DNA of 64,000 bases, from positions 71,154,788-71,218,787 of the forward strand of contig CM120640.1 in assembly GCA_051362555.1 (NCBI GenBank), read 5' to 3'. Every line of letters begins with the position of its first letter. Position 1 is the first letter of the stretch. Below, piece by piece: positions 1 to 14,339 of this stretch. The translations under genes and the position numbers were made by a program. The notes below the pieces were generated by a model. It was not told the DNA's origin. It searched no databases and saw nothing but the letters and a program-made list of their open reading frames with translations. The DNA is from Lingula anatina (Eukaryota; Animalia; Brachiopoda).

Positions 1-390
1 ATAAGTTGCTTATGAACAGATAAACACACCAAAACTTCTTACAATTTTCATTTATTAGCTCAAATAATGTGAATTAGCTCCACTAATGTGACTTTAAAAG
101 GAAAAAGTTATCTACTTGTAACTTGAGATATCATATTACTCCTCAGTTTAATCTTCGGAATCTTCCACACCCGTTTTCTTAAATGCCATACCAGAAACAG
201 CATAGCAAGTTGAGATACTGATTTAAGTCTACAAAAACCCTATGGACTTCTTAATCTATTTGAAAAAGACTGAGAAGATTAGAAGTTTCCAGTAAATCCC
301 TTGAATTATACAATATGTGGTACTGCAAGTAGAATTTTGCTTGACTGTATCAACTGATGGTCTCTTGGGACAAGCAACTGAGAAAAAAAA

Positions 391-466
391 GGAGCCATTG
401 TTTTCTTCTCTTTTCTGTACACAGTCTGGAGCCATTGTTTTCTTCTCTTTTCTGTACACAGTCTGA
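391..466. repeat. 38-bp direct tandem duplication (2 copies)
   Basis: ggagccattgttttcttctcttttctgtacacagtctg occurs twice back to back. Confidence 0.9.
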
Positions 467-976
467 AGTATAATTACAAAAGCGTTCTTATTTCTGTGGC
501 TTTCTATTTCTCATAAACTCAGATTTTATTACATGACTTATTTCCACATGTATCCTGTGACTTCAACTTCTGGTAAAGCCAGTCTAATATCATGACACAA
601 AATAGCATGAAGGAAGCCGATTACACTAATGCATTGTGACATATTAAATCATTTTTTCCTTTATTCAAAGGTTAACGTGTTTTTCATTTTATGTTGTATA
701 AGATTCCTGACCACAATTCTAGTTTATGAAAACACTGTTATGGTACATATGCACCTTAAATTCTAAGTAACTGTTTTGATTCTAGTATTCTGGGCCTCTG
801 GAAACAGCTTTGTTTTCAAATTATAAAGGATGATTTAATGCAGATTTCTATATCAAGTTTTCTTTTTCATTTTTTTTATTCTTATTTTAATGTCTGTTTC
901 ACCTTATCATCCCAACGTGCAAAGTTAAGCTATTTCAAAATTTTAAAAACATTTGACAAAATCTCCTTGATTTCAG

Positions 977-3900
977 ATTACTGCGTCAAATTCCAAACTC
1001 CTTACGTTGCTACCACCGTGCCACCTCGGAGTGCACGCCCCAACAGCTCCACCTGCTGGAGACAATGCCAAGACGCCTCCAGGGTATTGCAGATAACTAT
1101 CGTCTGCTCTGTGTGCAGGGTAAGTAAGAAACCATTTCAGAACAAGAAATGCCCATTTGCCAGCTGAAAAACATTTTTCTGTACTATTTATAAGAAATAT
1201 ACTGTTGAAAAAACACTATTAAATGAAATAAAGGAAGTTTTCAGGAGACCAAGCAAACACATTTTGCCAATTTGTGTAAAATGGACATACATCAGGCACA
1301 AGAAATACATTTTCCACTATTTTAGCTGGAATAAATACCATCTTTCATACACTTCACTCAAAGGCATTGGTGTACCAAGTGCACACAACTCAAAAATTAA
1401 TAAAAAGAAAAAAAAAAGAAAAAAAAAAGCAATCTGCTTGGATTGTGTTGGACCAAAAGCTCTTCCTAATAGACACTGCTGCACCTTCCAAGTCTGCTAG
1501 ATTTCCCTGGTGAAGTCATTGGCTGGTCTAATTAATGAGTTCTTGCCTAATAACAGCAGTAATCAGTGTCACGTCTGAAGTGCTCAAGAACAAATGGTAT
1601 CATGGGAAATGCCTTATTTCCTCAGAATGTTCAATGCCACGAGTCTTGCTAAGGGCTAGTATACTCAACTTGTAGCATTATTTTACATTACAAATCGGCA
1701 ACTTGACATCCTATTATTTCCTGGCCCATAAATCTCCACCACACCTTCAAACCATAGATATCATGTCAGTTTACCCTCGTCAACACCAGTGTGATGATAA
1801 TATAGAGAAAAACTCCACAAAAATTGGGTATATTTTGGGCATTCAATTAAAAAAAAGGTACTGAGGAAGAACTTCCTATATCGTTTGTTACTGAGAGTGA
1901 ATTCAGATTTAAACATTGTACCAGGTGGATCGATCTAACTCTATGGGGAACCTCACTAAATTGCATTCAATGTAATCAGCTTAATTGTCTGACATGTCTC
2001 CTCGAGTAGCTAGGAGGTAATTAACTTTGATGTGCATTCAGCTCAACTCCCCCTAGCAGTTCAAAGAGGCGTGTCAGACATTTAAACCGCTGACAGCAAT
2101 TGCACTTAGGGAAAATTTCCCGCAGAGATGGCTTGATCCAGCTAGTACATTGGGCTTACCTGAATGCTCCCTTAAACACTTATTTACACTTCATAAAATT
2201 TTTGATAAAATATATGTTAAACTGTGAAATAAACACAAATTCACTCTTTTCTATCTTACAGGTTGCAAAGTTCAGAAAGCTGCTGAGTGTTTCCATGGCA
2301 ACGTGTATCGCACCTTTGATCGCCTCACCAATGGGACCAGTAAGCAGGTTTACAATGTCAGCCTCCTCATGCCCCCCATGGAGCAGATCCACATCTCCAG
2401 GGCCTGCAAGTGAGTCCTCGCCTCCCTCTGCCAATACTTGGAGTTCTATACAGAGAGGTTTTCTTAACAGAGTTTTAGGCTTTTGTTTTCTTTAACAATA
2501 AGTACTTTTACTTATAGCAGTGGTGAAATATAGGACATTTTCATTCAAAGTAAGTAATTACCAGTTTAGAGATAGCAAATGGAAAACAACACCCAAAAAC
2601 AGATTTTTATTAGATTACCATGTAAATATTAAGCCAATCCCCACCCTCTTTGAATAACAGCCTTTACCCCTTTTGGTTTCAGAGAGAGAGACCGCTTCAG
2701 GCATATTCTGCTTTGTTATAAAAACTACACAGAAAACTGCATCGAGGAAGACTTGGTGGCGCTGAAGTCAAGACATGATCTATCCCATAATATGAAAAAT
2801 GTTTACGGGAGTTTATGTGCAAACCCAGGTAATGGTGAACCGTAAATCAAAAGTTGGAGAGATTTCAGCTTAAATCAGCCATTGATATTTGTTGAAGATT
2901 AAGCATCCATGAAAAACCCACACAAACATTAACTTACGTATCTCTATGGTCTTAAGTAGTGATCAAGTTCTCATCTAAATGCAGTCATTTCTGAATTATG
3001 ACTTTTTTAAGTATCTTGCCTAATACTATTCAAATTACCCAAACCAGGATCCTGTTCATATCTCTTTAGTTTTCAGATTTAAGAGCTTGTACTGGTTTTA
3101 TTACTTGTACTGTTCCTCCTAATGTCGCGACACCCGGGAATACACTACAGCGCACACAACAAGTCAATCAGGATATCAATTACACTGTTCACCACTAAAG
3201 TTAGTCAAATTATAAAGTCCCAAGAATCAGAATGAATGAAGTGAAATGCAACATTCATATCTCTGGTGAAATGACCTGACTGCCATAAAATACATTGTAA
3301 ACTTAAGCCTTGAACCTCGCTGAATTAATTTGGGTCAAGGGAGAATGCAGGAAACACAGAGTAGATGGTACACTTAAGGCTACAAGGAAAATGAGTTTCC
3401 TGAGAACCAGATATTGTGGCCTATTATTGCATCTCATAAATTCAATAATTATGAAACAATCCCAGCCTTGACATATCATGACACTATGGGGATCTTCTGA
3501 GATGGCCTAAAGTCTCACAAATTGCTGTAAAATCAAATGAGATTGTGGGCATGGGAACAGAATTAAAAGCAAGCATGGTGCAGCAATGATTAAAAGCTAA
3601 GGGAATTTATCCACAGATATTTTTTGTTTCAATTTATTGCCCAACTGCATGAATTCACCAAGTATTGCCTAACTTTTTTTTTTTTTTTGCTTTCTAAGAA
3701 GACATTCTTGATACAAGGGTTTGTTGCTAAAAAAATATGGACAGGAATGATTTCCATTGTACTTCAAACCAAGTCACAGTACCAATGCAAAAACAATCCA
3801 AGTCCTGACAACATGGTACCAATACAAAAACAATCCAAGTCCTGACAACATAGTACCAATACAAAAACAATCCAAGTCCTGAAAACATGGTACCAATACA

Positions 3901-6900
3901 GAAACAATCCAAGTCCTGACAACATGGTACCAATACTACAGAAACAATCCAAGTCCTATCATATAATGACACAATTGTCCTTGGATCTTTCACAAGGGCA
4001 GAAAACCAGTAGAAAAAAATGCCCAAAATACCTTATCTCTGTAATTTCTTTTCCAGTATCTGCTGTCCTTCTCTCTGAGGATAAGTCAAGATGATCTGTA
4101 TCTTACCAACATGAACATATCTTCTCTTCTTCATTTCAATGGCCACAAATTAAATTAGTAATGCATTGGTGAATTCACTGGTTCCTCTATGAATACAGAG
4201 AGAAAAATCTTATTAACGGTTACACTACTGGAACCATCAATTTCCTGATAAAAGAATCGGCCAGTAGCCAGCAAATCAAAAATGGCTCTTTTTTATTTTA
4301 GAAGATTACCTTTTACCCTTTAGGTTGATTCAGCTGAAAAAATTATACAGAGCAAAGATCAAACAAGAAACCCACATAACATCCTGGGATCAAATTTTGA
4401 TTCTGATCATGAGTGGACCTTTCCTGTCAAAAAGGCAGTCCTATTGAACCCTCCTTGCTCATGTGCCTGTGAGTGTTAGTTATGTTTATGCTTTTGCTAG
4501 TTTTGCTAGCTTACAGCATGACTCAAAAATTTTCAAGGATAGGAAAAGATGGGATTTTGGTGATCCATTAAATAATCAATAATAATGAGAGCAGATCCAC
4601 CTTTGAAGAGGGACACATGTTAAAATACAATTAATGTCCTAAGAAGGTTCCATTTCATGTTCTAGGTTGTGATGATTACCACACCCGCTACGCAGCTATG
4701 CAGGACTGTGCTGCTAAAGTGTACAAGGCCAAACCACCAGATATGTGCGAGTAAGTAACATAATTTTCCAAGAAATCACAACATAATGTCAATTACTGCT
4801 AACGATCAACACATTTATGATTATGTCTTTTATACTCCCCCATTATGGCCTTCCTGTGTATGAAATGGGCAGATATGGAATACTAATTTGCAGATAAAAT
4901 GAGGCATGGGTAAAAAAAACCCTATAATATCTGGAATGAGAATTTCTGCCATTTCCTTTGGCACACACCCTACGCCCTGTAGTAATGATAAGGTTATCAA
5001 TAAAGCCACACAGCATCACATGTAATAACAGTATACAGCAAAGATTCACTGTCGCCTATATATAGCACTAAACACAATATACTTCATTTGCATCATTCAA
5101 ACAAAACTTTTCAAAAAATCCATGTATCAGGAATACAACATCATTTTTCTTACGTAACAAAGCATGTTCTATGGTTTCCAGTTTATTCTAACTCTATTCA
5201 TCAAGCATAACAAGCTCGTTACACAGCCCCCTGGTGGTAGCTCTCAGTCTCACACCAGACATGAACACTATCACAAAGCGCGGCTCTAGTTACTGTGGGA
5301 AGATCCCAGGTTTTGTGGCACTGTATCTGCGTCACAACATGGCACAGATCAAGTGACTGTCTACCTGGATGTCTGCACATGGTTTCCAGGCATGCAAGGC
5401 AACCTCACGACTTATAAACGAATTAGGCGTTTACTTACACTATCTTTTAGCACTTACACCCATATTAACCACATAACCTACAAATTAACCAGCACTACCA
5501 GAATGGATGAATGTAAGTGCTAAGTACTGCTTTGTTGGTGCTTAATAATTTTACAGTTTACAAAGTTCAATAATTATTTTCTTCAATTTGAAACTTAGTA
5601 CATGTGGTAATTTAGTTTCTGGGCTAACCTTTAGACAAAAAATACGTAATCTGTATAAAAAAATTGTTCTGAAAAGTTAAGAATCTTATAAAATCAAAAC
5701 AATCTTCAAGGTCCCAATACAAGCCAGTTTTATAGATTAAGACGCCTTCTCTCGATGTTCATTAGAATGCAGAAAATGCAGACTGATGGTATCAATAGGA
5801 TCAAAAACAAATATGCTTATTACAAAACTTTTACAGTCAGAGGCCAGGTTGTAGATATAAATCCCATCCCCCCCCACCCCCCCAACTGATAAAGATATCA
5901 TCTTGATTTTCTCCTGAAAGCTGCAGACCTCAGCTGCAGCACTACTGCTGTGTCAAATTGAATCAAGGAACACCTTGGACTCTCAGCTGGCCTAGCAGTT
6001 TGCACTGGGAATATCTGTGATAGATGACAACCTGAGAGTGAGGACAGGGGAATGCTTTCAGTCTGAGAGCCTGTCACTTAGTTAAAAAGTATAATGATAA
6101 AATGTCAGACTTTAATCTTCAAGAATGACAGGGCACTTGCTTGCACTTTATAAATTGTCTGGAGGCAGAACACTAGGGAGCATTCGATGAAGAATCTAGA
6201 ATGATATATACATGTAATGGATTCTACTTCATCACTTGGGCACCTTTCTCCAACACTAGGGGTCCTCTGATTGTCTGCCAAACTTACTTGTTCTAATTTT
6301 CTTCTTTTTCTTTCAAAGAATAACAAATAAGTATGGAAGCAACGCCCCACAAAGTACCTGCTCTAACAGAACAATAAACCTGGGAGCTAATCACTTTTTA
6401 TTTTCTTCCAGCACCTTTATTCAAGGAATGTCGTGTCAGAAAGCAGTGGCATACGGTTGCTTTGCTCTTCACAAAATGATCACATTGAAGGATTCAATGT
6501 ACCAGATTTACTGCAAGCCAGTCCCCGTGACGGAGGAGGTGAGGACGACGACAGAAGACCTAGAGGTCCAGGCACAGGAAACAATGTCACTGACAGCTAG
6601 AGCAGCAGGTAAATATACAGACCATAACACCTAGGAATTAATCTCAAAAACTGAGAAACAGAAAAAAACAAATAGTACTCAGGATATCACTAATCATTTA
6701 CTATGTGATCTGGGCTCCGTAATTCGAAAGCATCGCAAATTGCAACCAAACGTCTCTATTCCATGACTGCATTTAAATGCCCCATATAATAGCCTCAAAT
6801 ACGAAAGGTGATATCACTATCGCAATGCGCGATGCTTTTGAGTTACGGAGCCCTGGACATCAGCTAGACACTGGCTAGATGCCTCATCGGCAAGTTTTCT

Positions 6901-7867
6901 GCTTTAAGGAAGCCACTGGGTTTTCTTCAAGCTGTTTTATCACTGTCAAATAGTTGAATGGTTTTGCTGACTTTCCTCAAGTTGGATCCATGACTGAGTG
7001 GGCAAAAAGTTACCCTTTCTGAAAATAGGATTGATGCAAACTCGACACTTTTGACATTTGTGTTACATGCATGCAGTGGTAACATAGCCCTTTCATTTAT
7101 ACATATTTCATTATTTCATAGTATCCCAGGGTGAAAATATTGGGCTTTTGTATACACATGCCTTCACAGCCAAACTGCAGTCACCTGTAGTATTTACTGT
7201 AGTAATGTTTTTATCCCCTTTATGACAAGTTGTCTCCCAGAAGAGTAATTAGCCCTAGGTCACTGGTGAAGGGTGGAAAGGTCAGTATGTAACTGCTCTA
7301 CTGACCCAAGCACACACTGCCCTTGGGGAAGCACAAAACTGCAGTAAAAATTCAAATAACTTTTTGGTAATTAAGCTCTGGGCACCTGTTAGTGCCTGAT
7401 CATTGTTCCTGATCAACTGCCACATACCACACACTTCAGAAGGACAAGTAATTTGCATGAAAATAATGTTCACCAAATCTGACAGGTGTTTGCCATGAAA
7501 ACTTCTTATTTTACTGTTTATTACATTAATGAAGTAAGGGGAACATTCAGACACATACATACGTTTTAAATGTATTGAGAATATGCACAGTGCACTTTTG
7601 AGGATTCTTTCTTCTTCCCTTCTTACCTTGTTAAATATAACATGACTCAATGGAAGCACACTTTGAGTGGACTTTTTACTTGTCCCTCTGAAGTGTGTGG
7701 TATGTGGCACACAAAAAGGGCTGTTCTTTTGAACCACCTGGACCCCCCCCTGGCTACAGCTTGGCATTATTATTATTAATAAAAAAAGTTTTGATCTTTC
7801 AGGACTTCAATCATTCCTGGGGACCATGAGCTGGGTGATAATCATAACTATCTTGATGATAAGATGA
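977..7867 (+). CDS. 3' portion of a cysteine-rich extracellular protein with a hydrophobic C-terminal tail (GPI-anchor-like); 5' exons lie left of the window
   Basis: Exons 977-1119, 2262-2409, 2683-2828, 4666-4750, 6412-6608, 7803-7867 all have AG/GT boundaries with compatible phases (2-1,1-2,2-1,1-2,2-1,1-stop) and join into one frame: LLRQIPNSLRCYHRATSECTP...LLCVQ/GCKVQKAAECF...RAC/KERDRFRHILLCYKNYTENC...LCANP/GCDDY...QDC...DMC/DTFIQGMSCQKAVAYGC...IYCKP...TARAA/GLQSFLGTMSWVIIITILMIR*. Family identity is not established. Confidence 0.8.
1895..2169. mobile_element. Degenerate MITE with imperfect terminal inverted repeats
   Basis: Left attcagatttaaacattgtaccaggtggatc pairs imperfectly with right gatccagctagtacattgggcttacctgaat; internal sequence (gatcgatctaa...ctaaattgca...gctgacag) resembles the element at 25331-25557. 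Confidence 0.6.
3776..3958. repeat. 37-bp minisatellite, ~5 copies, intronic
   Basis: caatccaagtcctgacaacatggtaccaatacaaaaa units at 3794, 3831, 3868, 3905, 3945. Confidence 0.95.
6712..6853. mobile_element. Short MITE (~140 bp) with ~25-bp TIRs
   Basis: gggctccgtaattcgaaagcatcgc ... gcgatgcttttgagttacggagccc; CTG on both flanks is a possible 3-bp target-site duplication. Confidence 0.8.
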
Positions 7868-10800
7868 GGGAGGTAAGAGAGCAGGATGTGCCAAGAGATG
7901 GACACAGAATCTTGCCAGAGTGGCAGCATGCTTGACTTGTGATAAGAAACAATAGACCAGCTGGAACTGGGAACTGAGCTGGCTCTTAATGAATCCTCCA
8001 CGGAGCAATTGTCACATCTGCACCCATATGCAAGCCACACATTGCCTTATCAACAACAGCAGGTTGTGTAACCTCACTATGACATCATAATGAATGTTAC
8101 AATTTGCCAAGGTATCATGTTTAACAGGATATTTGACGTGTCAGGAAGGAGAAACGTATCATACATCCTTGAAGAACATAACACCAAAAACAAAGCATTG
8201 ATTATTTAAAGGATTAGACTGATAAATCACGGTGTACGACGTCAGTGCTGTCACAGCCAAGAACAAGTGCAGATGCACCTCTCTCTACACAGCAATACCT
8301 GGCCAACACAATACAGACGGATATTCCTGTACTTCTGTCCATCAAAATACAATACCAGGTGAAGACTAACTGATATTTAAACTGTGTGAATTCTGAGTTC
8401 ACATGTTGGTGCTGCCTGGTATTAGGTATAGATGACGTCCACATGTTAAGGATCCTTTCCACACACTGTCACACATGAAGTACTAACAGCAGTTGTTAGC
8501 ATAGTACACTGGAATAATGTGCTGGATGGCCACAGTAAATTTATAACCTAATATAGGACTAATATAATAGTGCCATATACTTTACTCTCTCTATATATAT
8601 GTATATCATGGTGCCATAATACAATTCACCAATTCACACAACAGCTTTATGTAAAACACACCAGGTTTACTCTGTGACAGTGTACATGCTTCTACACTGG
8701 CTGTCACAAAAACATAAGCCTCTACAGTTCCACAAGTGTTGCCTCTAAACTACACACATAAATATACGCACATGCGCCCACACACACATGCGCCCACACA
8801 CACATACACACATGCACTTACAGTGATGTCCTATGCATGCACAGTTCACTCAATGTGCTTCCACAAACTTCAAATTTAATCAGTATAGCTAACTTCTTGA
8901 CAAATAGTTTTGATTAATGTAATCCATTTATTAGGCAGTGTAGGTTCCATGATAAATTATTGCCACGATGTATAAATTAATAATAATTTGTTAGTTTATT
9001 TGTAGTCAGTCATTTATAATGGCACCATGTGACTGTATGAACCGTGTTAAATATTATGTAAGTGACACTGTAACATTCCCAATTTTTCATCTATTCGTGA
9101 AAGCTGCTTATTCTTTTTTTACAGAAATAACACTTAAATATTTATATAAGAAGATCAAGAAAAACGTGCAAATACAGATACAAAATTTCTTATTTCTTAT
9201 TATATTTCTTATTCTTATTATATATTCTTTGTAAATGTATACTATTTTTTCATGTTCCAAGAAAACAGATGAATATATTACAAGAAAACAGAATAATGGG
9301 TAACACACGATGAAACACTGTAGTTTAAAGAGTTCAATATTCTCAAAAGTTAGATATGTTCATCAAGTAAATTGCCCATTTCAGAGTTCAGTTTGTTGTA
9401 AAGAAATTATCAACCAGTTATTTCTATAAGATACTGCACTGTAGTGTATCCCACATCTAGTTTGTCTTCACAAATGACATAGTACACAATGTAGAAGAAA
9501 GATTTTTAAAAATTACACAAAAACAAATAAAAAATTTTTTAAAATACTTAAAATCAATTATTCAAGATGTTAAGAAAAGCATAAGTGTAAATTTGAGGAA
9601 TATTGTAAAGGTACATTTTAACTTATATTTGTTTTAACCGTGAGATGCATTATGATATTTTTACAAACATTAAAATAAACAAAACAAAATGATTATGGTT
9701 ATGAGAGAAAAAAATGTTTTATATAAATTTTTATATATTTATGTCAAAACAAATAAATTTAACAGTTATTCAAAAAAATATGTAATCTGATGTTTCAGTT
9801 GTTTGTGTTGATATTTTGTGAATTCACCAGTTACTGAAAACATAACAGCAATCACTGTGATTCAATAAATATTCCTAAGATGAACAAAAACCAATAACTT
9901 TTTATCTATGTCCAGTAACATGTGTGAACCATCAATAACATCAATGATCAAGGTTTTCATAAACTTATTACCAGAAATATGATGATTTTTCAAAAATATT
10001 TTTCTTAAATTAATAGACTTTAAATAAATGTATGCTGACAAAGTTCCAGAGCACTGACCATGACCTACATACTGTACATGTTGTCAGTGTGGCAGTGTCC
10101 GAGGGTTTTCATCCCTCATGATTTTATTCTGGCATGGGATTAATATTCATTTCATCAGCAGCTGTTACTACCAGCAGCTTTGTTTGTTTAGGAATTAATG
10201 AAATCGGCCAGCAATTACTTATTTCATCAGGCAAAAGACATTATAACTAATGGCGGTCACACAGGGTCAGGGAATTCCGCGGGTCAACTGTGGTTATATG
10301 CGGTCAAATGGCCAGCATGGGTCAAGGCTGGTCAGTGTGGCTCTCTCGCTATTCACTGAATTGCTATTTACCTTGATACTGAGAACTGGTAGAACAATTA
10401 TTTTCTACAATAAAAGTCATTTTAACTCAAAGTAATGTGAAAAATATTTCAAAATCATAAAAGTTAGGAAACATTAATGGTACAGTACTTATATTGCCAA
10501 AATCCTTTCATCAATTACTGCAAAAAGCAATGGTTCAGTCAAGACATATTAGCTCTAAAAGACAAGGAAGTAATTTATACATGTTATCTATTCATGAAGG
10601 GACTTGCTTGTTCAAGATAAACACTATCACATCTTTTCTGTTTCATATTTCACTATTTCTCACATATAAGCTATCTATATGCTGCTTAGAAATGACTTCT
10701 TTCTTGGAGAAAACTGATTTGTTAAATAAGTTCTACTGATCTTTACTTTCCAATTTTCTAGTATTTTGCTGAACCTAGTAGCACTTTCTGATGTGATCAT

Positions 10801-13800
10801 TTTGGAGAAAAAAATGAGCTTTCCTTATGGATCAGAATGCCATCAAGCTGCAGGAACAGACGGCCACAGAAGGCAGGAAGACTGGGCAATAATTACACAA
10901 TTACACCCAATTCTCAGCCCACTAGCGCTGGATTTATCATTGATTTCTCACAAATATACTTAAGAATAACATAACCACAAAAACCTCTCATTGAGCAGAA
11001 GACATAAATGGGAAAGGCGTTAAAAAATGAGAAGAACTTTGTCTGAGTGTGCAGAAGTTCTCCATCAACTGAGTCCTGATCACGCTGACATAATGGTTTT
11101 GTTAATTAGACGAAATGCAAATGATTCTCCGTGAATCACGAGCTGATCATTACCTGATGATTTATCTTATTTAGTACCACATTTACTGGGTGACCCTGTG
11201 AGAAAGGTTGTACACAGTTATCATTACAAAGTGTAAACATCATTGATGAAGGAGGCAATAAAATCTAAAATCGCGTCCTTTTATAGCAACATGTCAAAGA
11301 TGCCTATATCTGATGAAGAAGTGATTGATACTTTGGCAAGGTGCCAAACGTGCCACATCTGCTGAGGGTCAACTTGTTTTTGGAAATAGGTCAATCCATT
11401 TTTGGTGAGATGTAATTCTTTCTATGTGGCAATTGGGGCCAATCAAGGGTAATGGATACTATGGCGCTGCCGTGTGGTGGAGACAGCAAAAACAGCGCTA
11501 ACTGCACCCTGGGAAGTCAAAATGAATGGCCTGTCAAGGAAAATGAAGCTTCAGTTATGACGTCCAGGGAGATATTTTACCCAGGAAACTTCAGGCTCGG
11601 AACTGGCTACAAAATCAGACTGATAAGATGGAGATGTAGTATTGCCATGTATTGATATACTGAGTGACCAGGAGTCATCACTCACTGGTGTCAGTCAAGA
11701 TTAAGGATGTGCTCGGCAGAAAATAAATGTTGATTAACAACTCTGTCACTTCAGCAGAATCATATTGTTGGCAGCCGATTTGAAAAATTGGCAACCAGCA
11801 AACATCAGAGCTTTTTCAGTTGAGAAAGCTGATTCCATTACAGGGTCAACTATGACATTTTTTTCGATAATTGTTAAGATGAGAAGAAGACCATTTCATT
11901 TATTTTCTTGACTATCATGTGATAAAATAATAAAATTTGCACCCTGTTGCTTAAAAGGGTATCTGATGCCATAGTTTCTTTTAAGGCTTTATAATTGTCA
12001 CATGAGTAGCAGATTACAACAAGACCATCTCACACCAAGTGAGTGAACAAACAACTTTCTACTTCTGAATCACTGAAAAAAAAAAAAAAAACAGAAAAAT
12101 AAATTGCCTTTTAGTCCAAATATCATCTGTATTACTGAATGAATATTCAAAAATTCAATTATACTTTACAATTGGTTGCTCTATGCTCTAAAGAAGGCAT
12201 TTCTCTTTGTGATGTATGACCTTTTTCTTCAATCTTAGACCTATCCAGTCTTCACCCTCCTGATCCCATAGACAACAGTTTCTCTCTCCGTCAACTATAA
12301 TAGATGAGGAAATGAGAAATCCTATCCCCTTATTCCTCTCTCCGTATCACTTTATCTTATCTCTCCTATCACCTTATTTAGCATCCGCAGCCTTTCTATT
12401 TAATTTCCTTTTAATCTCCTTACACTAACTTATTTTTTCCACAATCTATCTTTTATCAAACCAGATACATTACATTTTCAAAAGTGCCCATGGTAACTTG
12501 AAAACCAAAACTTGACGTATTTCACTGGTTCATTGCCGTAATAAACAGCCATCATGATGGTGGTATCAGAAAACACACTGACTCAAGACCCCAGTCACTC
12601 AATGATCTAGTGTCTCAGCAGAATACTTAGGAACAAATCACATCTTCTTCTTGAAGGGAAGTACACTAAATATACCAATAAGACATCAAATATGGGTCCC
12701 CAGTGGTCGATACAGTGAGGTAGATATATTCATTACAAAATCCAGGAGTCACTCACAGGGGCCGATTGAGGCCGTCTTCAGGGTCTTCTGGAAGATGGTC
12801 AGATTTTCAAGTTTACATTGACGGGTATCTAATTTTTTCTATCAGGAGACGGTCAGAAATGGAGGATGGATCAACAAAGATAATTTGGAAGACTGTCAGA
12901 AATTATCTCCGGATCCACCCCTGACTCAGTATGTTGATCCCTCACTCTGAAATAAACTACACTGACCAAAAACGACTAGATGTTTTCCCAAATCTTGACA
13001 TCTTGTTAACTGACACCATCATTGACCTTTTAAACATCTCATGTCATAGTTTTCTGTACCATGTTTGACTGGCCCTAACATGGTAGAATGCTACAAGGGG
13101 TTCTACTACCTTTCACAAGTCCCAATGTACCTATCAAGAAGCTTAGTTCAGGGGACTCCCTTGTATAATAGCATTTCTTCCAAGATGTCACATCTCAAAC
13201 TGGAGTGGTATAGATAAACTGTACCATTCTATGTGGAAGAGGCCATTACAAACTTACTGAAGTAGAGTTTTTGGCTTTGTTGAATTGAAGATCATATAAT
13301 TTCTCTATTTCACAGTGAAACAAAAGACAGATTGTGCTAAATGTGAACATTCACAACCAAGCACAATGCACCGCTGTCTCAACTGATGCAATCCTGTCCC
13401 TGAGATATTATCACAGTGAGGACATTGTATTTAACCACCTGTTAACAAACCACACCATCTCCTAGGCAGGTGATTCTTGTTCAAATACAAATGAACATGA
13501 AGTTAAACAATTAACATTGGTTAACTTTTCTGGTGCAATAAATAAGGTCTTTCATCAAAAATCACCAATTGTTACTTCATACAAATTCTTCTTCATACTG
13601 TAGGATCACATCCTTTCCCTTACATCACTTCATTCTAGAAACTGTATGCAGAATACCATAAGGCCTGCTTACGAACTAAATCTCTTGTGGTCTTAACAAA
13701 ACCTATTTATCATTCACTTTCCTGATCAAACAAAAATGCTACAGTTGTGAGGGTAGTGGTTAAAATACATAACAGAAACTCTAGATAATTTCTAATTCAT

Positions 13801-14339
13801 AATATATAATACTAGATGAAACCTGACATATCAATCATTGAAACATAATAAGAAATTAGTTCAAGATTTATAGAACATCCTTATATACTAAATTCTGTGT
13901 GAAAGTCTTATTTCCACACTTATATTAATACAAAATGAAATAATAATTTAAAAAATTAAAGAAAAAAAAAGAAGGGACTGAGTGGTTTGGCATCCAAGGT
14001 TGAGGATGTTACCACTGGGCCACCAAACCCTGCTATCTGATGTGGTGTTCCTGACAGTATATGATACCTGTCACACATGCCGAAGCTTTACAGAAATTGT
14101 CAAAGGCTAAAAAATGCCTTCAAAATATACTTTTAACAGCTATAATCAAATTCAAACTATGACCACTATCTTCCCACAGTCCTAAGGTATTGCTAACACC
14201 TGTTAGTTGTCAACAGATCATTGTGGTTTGGGAGAAAAAAGTGTAAAGAAGACTTCGGATGAACTGCTATTATAATACAGATGGTTAGTAAAAAAACCAA
14301 CATCAAACTTAAACTCCTTTCTGCTATTTTATCACCAAC

